Part shown: one piece after another, positions 1 through 9,422 of the stretch
How positions within the stretch are numbered: the first letter of the stretch is position 1
Layout of the letters: each line of letters opens with the position of its first letter
DNA from: Acidobacteriota bacterium
Lineage (GTDB): Bacteria > Acidobacteriota > Vicinamibacteria > Fen-336
NCBI GenBank assembly: GCA_011526565.1
Contig: WYBL01000116.1
Span: 3,019 to 67,018 of the forward strand
Direction of reading: 5' to 3'
DNA: 64,000 nt
Made by a program: the position numbers and the translations under genes
The notes under the pieces: generated by a model
The model's input: only the letters and a program-made list of their open reading frames with translations
Told to the model about the DNA's origin: nothing
Databases searched by the model: none

Positions 1-826
1 CCGCGCGGTCGATCGCCAGCGAGACGTGGCGGTGCTCGATGCCGTCGGCCGAGCGCTTCGCGTCGAGGTCGGGCAGCGCCACGCCGGGGCCGCTGCGCGC
101 GGTCGAGGTCGCCACCAGCGCGGATGCCTTCTCCGGCACCCGGGTCGCGAACTTCGACAGCGGCACCACCTCGTCGACCAGCCGCCACTGCACCGCGCGC
201 TTGCCCTTCACGCCTTCACCGAGGGACGAGAACACGTCGGCCAGGTCGCGCCGCACCTTGCGCTTGTCGGTGACGCGGGTCAGGCCGCCGGTGCCGGGCA
301 GCACGCCGAGCAGGCTGACCTCGGGCAGGCTGACCGCCGAGTTCGAGTCGTCGACGAGCAGGATCTCGTCGCAGGCGAGCGCCAGCTCGTAGCCGCCGCC
401 GGCGCAGGCGCCGTTGACCGCCGCCAGCGACTTGAGCCCCGAGTGCGCCGAGGCGTCCTCGATCGCGAGCCGCGTCTCGTTGGTGAACTTGCAGAAGTTG
501 ACCTTGAACGCGTGGGTCGAGCTGCCCAGCATGTAGATGTTGGCGCCCGAGCAGAAGATGCGGTCCTTGCCCGACGAGATCACGACCACCCGCACCTCGG
601 GGTGCTCGAAGCGCAGGCGCTGGATCGCGTCGGCCAGCTCGATGTCGACGCCGAGGTCGTAGCTGTTGGTCTTGAGCGTGTAGCCCTCGCGCAGCGGGCG
701 CTCCTCGACGACGTCCATCACCAGGCGGGCGACGGGCGCTTCCACGTGCAGCTTCCAGTGCACGTAGCGCGAGGGGTGGGTGTCGAAGCGGACGGGGGCC
801 GCGGGCTCCGGGGCGTGGTGGTCCAT
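1..826 (-). CDS. boxC: Benzoyl-CoA-dihydrodiol lyase BoxC, N-terminal ~275 aa (enoyl-CoA hydratase/crotonase fold); 3' end lies beyond window start
   Basis: Manual rc translation from ATG at 826: MDHHAPEPAAPVRFDTHPSRYVHWKLHVEAPVARLVMDV...NGACAGGGYELALACDEILLVDD...VSLPEVSLLGVLPGTGGLTRVTDKRKVRRD; matches remembered Azoarcus BoxC N-terminus and crotonase oxyanion-hole region. Not in ORF track because no stop inside window. Confidence 0.65.
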   Translation of the reverse strand, partial: MDHHAPEPAAPVRFDTHPSRYVHWKLHVEAPVARLVMDVVEERPLREGYTLKTNSYDLGVDIELADAIQRLRFEHPEVRVVVISSGKDRIFCSGANIYMLGSSTHAFKVNFCKFTNETRLAIEDASAHSGLKSLAAVNGACAGGGYELALACDEILLVDDSNSAVSLPEVSLLGVLPGTGGLTRVTDKRKVRRDLADVFSSLGEGVKGKRAVQWRLVDEVVPLSKFATRVPEKASALVATSTARSGPGVALPDLDAKRSADGIEHRHVSLAIDRA

Positions 827-862
827 GCGCTTTCGAGGCTAGCCCCGGGGCCCGGGACTGTC

Positions 863-878
863 AAGCAGTATAGTGCTT
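863..878. promoter_or_regulatory. Near-perfect palindrome AAGCAgTATAgTGCTT in 89-bp boxC/boxR divergent intergenic; candidate BoxR/BzdR-type operator
   Basis: Arms AAGCA/TGCTT perfect around TATA core; BzdR/BoxR operators in Azoarcus described as TGCA-N6-TGCA-type palindromes (from memory). Located 38 bp upstream of boxR ATG and 37 bp from boxC ATG. Confidence 0.4.
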
Positions 879-895
879 GGCGTCGACGCAGAAGT

Positions 896-907
896 GCATT
901 ATAGTGC
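896..907. promoter_or_regulatory. Second related half-palindrome GCAtTATAgTGC, 9 bp upstream of boxR start
   Basis: Same GCA-N-TATA-N-TGC architecture as site at 863-878; direct repetition of TATAGTGCT 29 bp apart. Confidence 0.3.
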
Positions 908-915
908 TGCTCGCC

Positions 916-1692
916 ATGGAACGCGCGGACCTGCTCGCCGAACTCGGCCACCGGGTGCGCGAGCGCCGCACGGAGCGCGGGTTGACGCTGCGCGAGCTGG
1001 CGACGCGGGCGGGGCTGTCGCCGCGCTTCGTGGCCGAGGTGGAGGCGGGGCGCGGCAACCCGTCGGTGGCCAGCCTGGCCGCGCTGGCCGAGGGGCTGGA
1101 GACCTCCGCGGCGGCGCTGCTCTCGACCCCCGCCGCGGCCGCGGCCGGCGGCCCGCGGCTGCTGGCGCTGCTCGGGCTGCGCGGCGCAGGCAAGAGCAGC
1201 GTGGGCCGCCGGGCGGCGCGGCAGTTGCGGCTGCCATTCGTCGAGCTCGACCGCCGCATCGAGGAGGCCTGCGGCCTGACCCTCGACGAGGTCTTCGCGC
1301 TGCACGGCGAGCCCTACTACCGCCGCCTCGAGCGCGAGGCGCTGGAGGCCGTGCTGCGCGAGAAGCGGCCGCTGGTGCTGGCCACCGGCGGCGGTCTCGT
1401 CGCTGCCGCCGACACCTTCGGCCGGCTGCGCGAGCGCGCGGCGACCGTTTGGCTGCGGGCGCGCCCGGAGGACCACTGGAACCGCGTCGTGCAGCAGGGC
1501 GACCGGCGGCCGATGGCCGATCACCCCGAGGCGATGGCCGAGCTGCGGCGGCTGCTGGCCGCGCGCGAGCCGCTCTACGCGCTGGCCGACGCGGTCGTCG
1601 ACACCTCCCGCCTGGGGCTCGAGGCCGCGACGCGGGCCGTCGTCCAGGCTTTCTCGCGAAAGGGGGCGCGCGGCGGGGCGGAAGCTGTCTAG
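916..1692 (+). CDS. boxR: BoxR/BzdR-family transcriptional regulator: N-terminal XRE-type HTH + C-terminal shikimate-kinase-like (P-loop) domain
   Basis: MERADLLAELGHRVRERRTERGLTLRELATRAGLSPRFVAEVEAGRGNPS (HTH_XRE) then LLGLRGAGKSSVGRRAARQLRLPFVELD (Walker A, shikimate kinase-like); divergent from boxC. Track start 877 is a TTG; ATG at 916 chosen. Confidence 0.7.
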   Translation: MERADLLAELGHRVRERRTERGLTLRELATRAGLSPRFVAEVEAGRGNPSVASLAALAEGLETSAAALLSTPAAAAAGGPRLLALLGLRGAGKSSVGRRAARQLRLPFVELDRRIEEACGLTLDEVFALHGEPYYRRLEREALEAVLREKRPLVLATGGGLVAAADTFGRLRERAATVWLRARPEDHWNRVVQQGDRRPMADHPEAMAELRRLLAAREPLYALADAVVDTSRLGLEAATRAVVQAFSRKGARGGAEAV

Positions 1693-1704
1693 AATCGGCG
1701 GATC

Positions 1705-3195
1705 TTGAGCAACATCGTCAAGGAGCTGAAGGCGGATCTCACCCTCCGCTCGCTGCAGGACATCCTGAAGCCTTCGGAGCTGGCTTCGATCCGCCGCGGG
1801 CCGGCGCCGAGCCCTGCCGAGCAGAAGGCGCGGCAGAAGCTCGAGATCGTGCTCAAGGTCAGCGAGATGCTCTCGAACCCGGCAGCGGCCGACCGGCTGC
1901 CCGACGAGATCGTCGCCATCCTGCCGCAGATCGTCCCGGTCGAACGCACGGTGCTGGTGCTGGCCGACGAGGCGGGCGAGTTGCAGGCGCACAAGGCGTG
2001 GGTCGCGCCGGGCGTCGGCGCCGAGGCGGGCGTGTTCAGCCGCCAGATCGTGCGCTACGCGATGGACAACGCCGTCGCGGTGCTGTCGATGGACGCGGCC
2101 GGCGACTCGCGTTTCGACGCCGCCGGCTCGATCCAGGCCCAGCACATCCGCGCCTCGATGTGCGCCCCGCTGCGCGGCCGCCAGCGCATGCTGGGCGCGC
2201 TGGTCGCCGACAACGTCACTCGCACCGAGATGTTCGGCGAAGACGACCTGCGGCTGCTGGCCGGGTTCGCCAACCAGGCCGCAATCGCCCTCGAGAACGC
2301 CGAACTCGCCCGCAGCCTGGCCGAGCAGGCGCGGCGCCGCGAGGCGGAGCTGACGGGCCTGGTGGAGGAGCGCACCGCCAACCTGCGCGAGGAGAAGGAG
2401 CGCGCCGAGTCCGCCCGAGCCGAGGCGGATCGCCTGCGCGAAGTGGCGGAGGCCGCCACCCACGAGGCCGAGGAGGCGAGCCGCTCGAAGAGCCGCTTCC
2501 TGGCCAACATGAGCCACGAGTTGCGCACGCCGATGAACGCCATCATCGGCTACACCGACCTGCTCCTCGAAGAAGCCGCCGACGCCGGCGACGAGAGCCA
2601 GGTGCGAGACCTGAAGAAGATCGGCGGCGCGGCCAAGCACCTGCTGGCGCTGATCAACGACATCCTCGACATCTCCAAGATCGAGGCCGGCAAGATGACG
2701 CTGACGGTCGAAGACTTCGACCTCGCGACCCAGATCGGCCAGATCCAGGACACGCTGCGCCCGCTGGTGGCGCAGAAGGACAACCAGCTCGAGGTCACCT
2801 GCCCGCCCTCGCTGCCGATGCGGGCTGACGAGACGCGGGTGCGCCAGGTCCTCTACAACCTGCTCTCGAACGCCTGCAAGTTCACCGAGAAGGGGCGCAT
2901 CCGGCTCGACGTGCGCCACGAGCCGGACGGCTCCGGGCCGGGCTGGGTGGTCGTCGCGGTCGCCGATTCCGGGATCGGCATGACCCCGGAGCAGACCGGA
3001 CGCCTGTTCCAGGCCTTCGTGCAGGCGGACGACTCCACCTCGCGTCGCTTCGGCGGCACCGGCCTCGGCCTCGCGATCAGCCGCCATTTCTGCCGGATGA
3101 TGGGCGGCGACGTGACCGTCACCAGCGAACTGGGCCGCGGTTCGGTCTTCACCGTGCGCCTCCCCGCCGTCGTCACCCTGGCCTCCACCGAGTAG
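1705..3195 (+). CDS. Cytoplasmic GAF-domain sensor histidine kinase (GAF-coiled coil-HisKA-HATPase_c), no receiver
   Basis: GAF-like region ([17 protein letters not shown]...ALVADNV), H-box [23 protein letters not shown] boxes [27 protein letters not shown] start at 1705 (track shows M). Confidence 0.8.
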   Translation: MSNIVKELKADLTLRSLQDILKPSELASIRRGPAPSPAEQKARQKLEIVLKVSEMLSNPAAADRLPDEIVAILPQIVPVERTVLVLADEAGELQAHKAWVAPGVGAEAGVFSRQIVRYAMDNAVAVLSMDAAGDSRFDAAGSIQAQHIRASMCAPLRGRQRMLGALVADNVTRTEMFGEDDLRLLAGFANQAAIALENAELARSLAEQARRREAELTGLVEERTANLREEKERAESARAEADRLREVAEAATHEAEEASRSKSRFLANMSHELRTPMNAIIGYTDLLLEEAADAGDESQVRDLKKIGGAAKHLLALINDILDISKIEAGKMTLTVEDFDLATQIGQIQDTLRPLVAQKDNQLEVTCPPSLPMRADETRVRQVLYNLLSNACKFTEKGRIRLDVRHEPDGSGPGWVVVAVADSGIGMTPEQTGRLFQAFVQADDSTSRRFGGTGLGLAISRHFCRMMGGDVTVTSELGRGSVFTVRLPAVVTLASTE

Positions 3196-3271
3196 CCGCG
3201 AGCCGACGCGCACGAACTGCGCGCCAGAGACGGGCATACGCCTTGCTAAGTGGCCACTTTGGTGCGTGGAC

Positions 3272-3300
3272 TTGACACCACGATGCCGACGCCTTAACTT
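3272..3300 (+). promoter_or_regulatory. Sigma70-like promoter candidate TTGACA-N17-TAACTT upstream of TonB-dependent receptor gene
   Basis: TTGACA 3272-3277, TAACTT 3295-3300, 17-bp spacer; 54 bp upstream of ATG 3354. Confidence 0.35.
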
Positions 3301-3306
3301 TTGCGC

Positions 3307-3332
3307 GAAAGTTGAAACGGGATTTCACTTTC
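3307..3332. promoter_or_regulatory. Palindrome GAAAGTTGAAA-cggga-TTTCACTTTC between promoter candidate and TBDR start; candidate operator
   Basis: Arms complementary with one indel; lies between -10 candidate and RBS (GGAG at 3342). Confidence 0.35.
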
Positions 3333-3353
3333 GATATCAGAACGGAGATCTCG

Positions 3354-5744
3354 ATGAATCGCCCCCTCGCCCTGCTGACGGCCGTGCTGGCCGCCCTCCT
3401 CCCCGCCAGCGGGATCCTGGCACAGTCCACGGGCTCGGTCTCGGGCCGGGTCGTCGACGAGACCGGCGCGGTGCTCCCCTACGCCCGGGTCACCGTGCGG
3501 CTCGCCGCGCTCGGGTTCGAGAAGAGCGCGACGACCGACGAGGCCGGGCAGTTCCGGCTCGAGCTGCCCGCAGGCGCCTACGAGGTGACCGCGGAGATCG
3601 ACGGCTTCTCGCTGTCGCGCAAGAAGGTCGAGGTCGGCAGCCGGCCCGCCGAGGTGCGCTTCACGCTGCACCCCGGCGGCTTCGACGAAGAAATGACCGT
3701 GGTCGGCGCCAGCATCCTCGGCGGCCCCGAGACCGTGCGCCGGATACCGGGGTCGATCGAGGTGCTGCCGCCCGAGTTGCTCGAGTCGGCCCGCGTGCGC
3801 GACGTCTCCGAGGCGCTGCGCAAGGCCAGCGGCGTCACCGTGCGCGACGAGGAGGGCTTCGCGCTGCGGCCCAACATCGGCATCCGCGGCCTCAACCCGA
3901 CGCGCTCGACCAAGACGCTGCTGCTCGAGGACGGGTTGCCGCTGTCCTACGCGCCGTACGGCGACAACTCGAGCTACTACCACCCGCCGATCGAGCGCTT
4001 CGAAAGCGTGGAGATCCTGAAGGGCGCGGGGCAGATCAGCTACGGTCCCGTCACGGTCGGCGGGGTCGTCAACTACCTGACCCCCGAGCCGCCCCGCGAC
4101 CTGCGGGCCACCGCCCGCGTCACCGCCGGCAACCGCGACTACCTGAACGCCCACGCCAGTGCGGGCGGCACCTTCGGCCGCGCCGGACTGCTGCTCGACG
4201 TGATGCGCAAGGGCGGCGACGGCTCCCGCGACGCCGTCCACTCCGACCTCACCGACGCCACCTTGAAGGCCGTCTTCGCCCTTTCGACCCGCCACACCGT
4301 GACCCTGAAGGGCAACTTCTACGGCGAGGACTCGCAGGTCACCTACTCCGGTCTCCGGCTCGCGGAGTGGGAGGCCGACCCGCGCCAGAACCCGTTCCTG
4401 AACGACGACTTCACGGGCCGCCGCTTCGGCGTCTCGGCTCGCCACAACGCCCTCGTCGGCAGCGGCCTGCTGCTCTCGACCCAGGCCTACCACTCGACCT
4501 TCAGCCGCGACTGGTGGCGCCAGTCGTCGAACTCCGGGCAGCGCCCCAACGACGCGTCCGACCCGAACTGCCGCGGCATGGCCAACCTGCTGACCACCTG
4601 CGGCAACGAGGGCCGGCTGCGCGACTACGACACCACCGGCATCGAGACGCGGCTGCGTTTCGGCCACGGCCTGTTCGGCGCTCGCGGCGAGGCGGAGGTC
4701 GGCCTGCGCGCCCACTTCGAGGTGCAGGAGCGGATCCAGAAGAACGGCGACACGCCGACCGCCCGCGACGGCCGCGTCGTCGAGGACAACCGCCGCGAGA
4801 ACTCCGCCTGGTCCGGCTTCCTCCAGGAGCGCATCCTGCTGGGCCGCTTCACCGTCACGCCCGGCCTGCGCTTCGAGGCGATCGACTACGAGCGCACCAA
4901 CCGACTCGCCAACGGCGGCGCCGGCGCCACCGGCAGCACCTCGCTCACGCAGTGGGTGCCGGGCCTCGGCGTGGCGTGGAACGTCGACGACCGCTTCGCG
5001 CTGTTCGGCGGAGCGCACCGCGGCTTCGCCCCGCCGCGCACCGAGGACATCGTCAGCAACGCCGGCGGCACGGTCGACCTCGACCCCGAGCTGTCCTGGA
5101 ACTTCGAACTCGGCCTGCGTGGCGCGCCGCGCCCCGGCGTGCGCTTCGACGCCACCTGGTTCCGCATGGACTACGAGAACCAGATCGTGCCGGCCAGCCT
5201 CGCGGGAGGCCTCGGCGCCGCGCTGACCAACGGCGGCGCGACGCTGCACCAGGGCTTCGAGGTGGGCGCGCGGGTCGACAGCGGCACCCTGACGGGCAGC
5301 GAGCACAACGTCTTCGCCCGGCTCGCCTACACCGCCGTGCCGACGGCCCGCTTCGAGGGCGAGCGTTTCAGCAACGTGCCCGGTTTCGCGACCACCCGCG
5401 TCACCGGCAACCGCCTGCCCTACTCCCCCGAGCACGCGCTCAACGCGATGGTCGGCTACCGCCACCCGCGCGGCGTGCAGGCCCAGCTCGAGGCGGTGGT
5501 GACGAGCGCCCAGTTCGCCGACGACCTCAATACCGTCGCGTCTTCGGCGGACGGCCAGCGCGGCCGCATCGACGGCCACACGATCTGGAACGCGACGCTC
5601 TCGTACGACGTCAAGGCGCTCGACGGCAGCCTGTTCGTGGCCGTCAAGAACCTGACCGACGAGCTCTACCTCGCCGACCGCAGCCGCGGCATGCTGCCCG
5701 GCCTGCCGCGCCTCGTGCAGGCGGGCTTCGTCGCCCGTTTCTAG
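3354..5744 (+). CDS. TonB-dependent outer-membrane receptor with N-terminal carboxypeptidase-regulatory-like domain
   Basis: Signal peptide MNRPLALLTAVLAALLPASGILAQS; CarboxypepD_reg-like SGRVVDETGAVLPYARVTV...TTDEAGQFRLELPAGAYEV; plug (GSIEVLPPELLESAR, GVTVRDEEG...RPNIGIRGL); C-terminal beta-barrel ending ...QAGFVARF. Confidence 0.85.
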   Translation: MNRPLALLTAVLAALLPASGILAQSTGSVSGRVVDETGAVLPYARVTVRLAALGFEKSATTDEAGQFRLELPAGAYEVTAEIDGFSLSRKKVEVGSRPAEVRFTLHPGGFDEEMTVVGASILGGPETVRRIPGSIEVLPPELLESARVRDVSEALRKASGVTVRDEEGFALRPNIGIRGLNPTRSTKTLLLEDGLPLSYAPYGDNSSYYHPPIERFESVEILKGAGQISYGPVTVGGVVNYLTPEPPRDLRATARVTAGNRDYLNAHASAGGTFGRAGLLLDVMRKGGDGSRDAVHSDLTDATLKAVFALSTRHTVTLKGNFYGEDSQVTYSGLRLAEWEADPRQNPFLNDDFTGRRFGVSARHNALVGSGLLLSTQAYHSTFSRDWWRQSSNSGQRPNDASDPNCRGMANLLTTCGNEGRLRDYDTTGIETRLRFGHGLFGARGEAEVGLRAHFEVQERIQKNGDTPTARDGRVVEDNRRENSAWSGFLQERILLGRFTVTPGLRFEAIDYERTNRLANGGAGATGSTSLTQWVPGLGVAWNVDDRFALFGGAHRGFAPPRTEDIVSNAGGTVDLDPELSWNFELGLRGAPRPGVRFDATWFRMDYENQIVPASLAGGLGAALTNGGATLHQGFEVGARVDSGTLTGSEHNVFARLAYTAVPTARFEGERFSNVPGFATTRVTGNRLPYSPEHALNAMVGYRHPRGVQAQLEAVVTSAQFADDLNTVASSADGQRGRIDGHTIWNATLSYDVKALDGSLFVAVKNLTDELYLADRSRGMLPGLPRLVQAGFVARF

Positions 5745-5762
5745 GCGAAGATCCGCGGCGCC

Positions 5763-6644
5763 ATGAAGCTCGTCCGCCTCGCCTCCCTCGTCGCCCTCGC
5801 CGGCGCCCTGCCGCTCGCCGGCGGGGGCTCGCTGCACGCCTCCGAGAAGCTCGTCGTCGCCCTCAAGCCGGACAAGAACCCGGAGCAGATGCTGGCCGAG
5901 CGCCGCGCGCTCGCCGACTACCTGCAGGGCGCGCTGGGGCGCCCTGCCGAGGTGATCGTGCCGCTGTCGGCGGCGGTGATCCTCGAGGGGCTCGCCAACG
6001 GCACGCTGGACCTCGCCTACCTCTCGGCCTCGGACATGCTCAACGCGCGCCGCGCTCGGATCGCGGACGTGCTGCTGGCCGGCGAGATCGGCGGCCGGCC
6101 CGAGTACCGCAGCTACTGGGTGGCGCTCGCCGACAAGCCGTTCGCGAGGGTCGACGACCTGCGCGGCCGCCGCGTCGCGTTCTCCTCGCGCACCTCGACC
6201 TCGGGCTACGTGATCCCCCACGCCGACCTGGTCCGCAAGGGGCTGCTCGAGGCCGGTGCGTCACCCGAGGAGTTCTTCGGCGCCGGCAACGCCTGGTACG
6301 GCAGCGGCTACGTCTCCGCCGTGGAGCGCGTGCTCTCGGGCGAGGCCGAGGCGGCGGCGATCAGCTACTACGTGCTCGACGAGGACAAGCACCTGAACCT
6401 GGAGCAGCGCCGGCGCCTGAAGAAGGTGGCGGAGCAGAGCCCGGTGCCGACCCACGTGCTGGCCGTGCGGCGCACGCTGCCCGGCGCGCCGCGCGAGGCC
6501 CTGCGCCGCGCACTGCTGGCGCTGAACGAGCCGGCCCGCGCCGCGCTGCGCGACAAGGTGTTCACGTCGAAGCTGGTCGCCGTCGACGAGGCGAAGCACC
6601 TGGCGCCGCTCGAAGAGGCCCAGCGGCTGATCGGCGCCCGGTAG
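5763..6644 (+). CDS. phnD: PhnD-like periplasmic substrate-binding protein (phosphonate/phosphite/phosphate ABC family)
   Basis: Signal peptide MKLVRLASLVALAGALPLAGGGSLHA; LVVALKPDKNPEQ..., SGYVIPH motif typical of PhnD family; followed by PhnC/PhnE. Confidence 0.7.
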   Translation: MKLVRLASLVALAGALPLAGGGSLHASEKLVVALKPDKNPEQMLAERRALADYLQGALGRPAEVIVPLSAAVILEGLANGTLDLAYLSASDMLNARRARIADVLLAGEIGGRPEYRSYWVALADKPFARVDDLRGRRVAFSSRTSTSGYVIPHADLVRKGLLEAGASPEEFFGAGNAWYGSGYVSAVERVLSGEAEAAAISYYVLDEDKHLNLEQRRRLKKVAEQSPVPTHVLAVRRTLPGAPREALRRALLALNEPARAALRDKVFTSKLVAVDEAKHLAPLEEAQRLIGAR

Positions 6645-6647
6645 AGC

Positions 6648-7358
6648 TTGGCGGCGATCACGGCGCCGGCCCCCGGCGCCCCTCACCTGAGCCTGCGCGG
6701 GCTGGGCCTGCGCCGGGGCGAACGCTGGCTGTTCCGCGGCCTCGACCTCGAGGTGCGCCGGGGCGAGTTCCTCGCCGTCACCGGGCCCTCGGGCGCCGGC
6801 AAGTCGAGCCTGGTGGCGGCGCTCGCGGGACTGCTGCCCGCCTCCGAAGGCGGCCTGAGCTGGTGCGACGCCGCCGGCGCCGCGCAGCCGCCCGCCGCCC
6901 TGCGCGGGCGGCTCGGGCTCGTGTTCCAGGACCTGAGGCTGGTGCCGACGCTGCCGCTGCTCGACAACGTGTGCCTGGCCCGGCTCGGGCGTCACCCCTG
7001 GTGGCGCACGCTGGCCGGCGCGCCGCGCGAGGGCGAAGCGCGGGCGCGCGCGCTGCTGGGCGCGCTGGGCCTCGCCGAGGTCGCGGAGCGCACGGCGGCG
7101 TTGTGCTCGGGGGGCGAGCAGCAGCGCGCGGCGCTGGCCCGCGGCCTGTGCCTCGAACCCGAGGCCGTGCTCGCGGACGAGCCGGTCTCGGCGCTCGATC
7201 CCGACGGCGCCCGGCGTGCGCTCGGCGTGCTGCGCGACGAGGCGCGCGCCCGCGGCCTGACCGTCGTCTGCGTGCTGCACGACCGGCCCCACGTCGAGGA
7301 GTTCGCCGACCGCGCGCTGGTGATCGACCCGGCGCTGCCCGCGGGGTTCGCGCTGTGA
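6648..7358 (+). CDS. phnC: PhnC-like ABC transporter ATP-binding protein
   Basis: Walker A GPSGAGKSS, signature LSGGEQQRAALARGL, Walker B VLADEPVSALD; 3 bp after phnD. Confidence 0.8.
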   Translation: MAAITAPAPGAPHLSLRGLGLRRGERWLFRGLDLEVRRGEFLAVTGPSGAGKSSLVAALAGLLPASEGGLSWCDAAGAAQPPAALRGRLGLVFQDLRLVPTLPLLDNVCLARLGRHPWWRTLAGAPREGEARARALLGALGLAEVAERTAALCSGGEQQRAALARGLCLEPEAVLADEPVSALDPDGARRALGVLRDEARARGLTVVCVLHDRPHVEEFADRALVIDPALPAGFAL

Positions 7359-8173
7359 GCGCCCCGAAGCGCGGCCGCGCGCTCTACGAGCGGCTCGACC
7401 TCGAGACCGTGCTCGCCCTGCTGCTGGCCGCTGCGGCAGTGTGGTCGCTGCCGGTGCTGCGCGGCTCGGGGCGCGACCTCGACCACTGGGCCAACCTGAA
7501 GCGCTTCCTGGGCCGCTTCCTGCCGCCCGACCTCTCCGTGCTGCCCGACGTCGCGGCCGCGCTGGGCGAGACGTTCCGCATCGCCGTGCTGGCCACGCTG
7601 TTCGCGGTCGCCCTGTCGTTGCCGCTCGCGCTGTGCGCGGCGCGCACGGTGTCGCCGCGGCCGCTCGCGCTGCTGGCGCGCCTCGCGATGAACATGGTGC
7701 GCACGCTGCCGAGCCTGGTGTGGGCGCTGGTCGCGGTCGCGGTGGTCGGTGCCAACCCGCTGGCCGGCGTGGTGGCGCTGACGTTCTACTCCGTCGGCTA
7801 CCTGGGCAAGTTCTTCGCCGACGCCTTCGAGTCGGTCGACCTGAAGGTGGCTGCCGGCCTGCGCGCGCTGGGGGCCCACCCGATCCAGGCCTTCCAGTAC
7901 GGCCTGTGGCCGCAGGCGCGGCCGCTCGTGTGGAGCCAGTCGCTGTGGATGCTGGAGTACAACCTGCGCTCCGCGGCGATCGTCGGCTACGTCGGCGCCG
8001 GCGGCATCGGCGTCCAGCTCCACGCCTACCAGGAGTACTACCAGTGGGACCGCTTCGCGACGGTGCTGCTGTGCATCCTGGCCCTGGTGATCGCGCTCGA
8101 CCTGGTCGGCGAGCGCCTGCGCGCGCGCCTGCTGCGCCGCACGGGCTCGGCCGAGACGCTCGCCGCGGACTGA
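7355..8173 (+). CDS. phnE: PhnE-like ABC transporter permease
   Basis: GTG 7355 overlaps phnC stop (GTGA); 6 TM segments; in-frame tail of track ORF 3266..8173 (VSAPKRGRALYERLDLETVLALLLAAA...). Confidence 0.7.
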   Translation: MSAPKRGRALYERLDLETVLALLLAAAAVWSLPVLRGSGRDLDHWANLKRFLGRFLPPDLSVLPDVAAALGETFRIAVLATLFAVALSLPLALCAARTVSPRPLALLARLAMNMVRTLPSLVWALVAVAVVGANPLAGVVALTFYSVGYLGKFFADAFESVDLKVAAGLRALGAHPIQAFQYGLWPQARPLVWSQSLWMLEYNLRSAAIVGYVGAGGIGVQLHAYQEYYQWDRFATVLLCILALVIALDLVGERLRARLLRRTGSAETLAAD

Positions 8174-8177
8174 AGCG

Positions 8178-9418
<1,241 letters not shown>

Positions 9419-9422
<4 letters not shown>

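Noticed and set aside
718-3237. 839-aa minus-strand ORF and other very long Arg/Ala/Gly-rich ORFs (e.g. 873..2828+, 3294..6221-, 3266..8173+ N-terminal part, 8235..9518+, 9617..11014+, 11011..13446+, 11312..13120-, 12935..15910+, 15644..19408-, 15766..19443+, 19416..21263+, 20821..24822+, 24593..26323+, 26729..28552-, 34842..37607+, 38967..39956-)
   Set aside because: Typical antisense or alternate-frame open frames of ~70% GC DNA: extreme Arg/Ala/Gly/Pro composition, no motifs, and each overlaps a gene with clear family signatures on another frame or strand.
3196-3353. Possible cobalamin riboswitch upstream of the TonB-dependent receptor (GCCACT B12-box-like string at ~3252)
   Set aside because: Only a 6-nt match. 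The 158-bp intergenic region is too short for a promoter plus a ~200-nt B12 element, other conserved B12-riboswitch blocks were not recognisable, and the downstream transporter is PhnDCE-like rather than BtuFCD.
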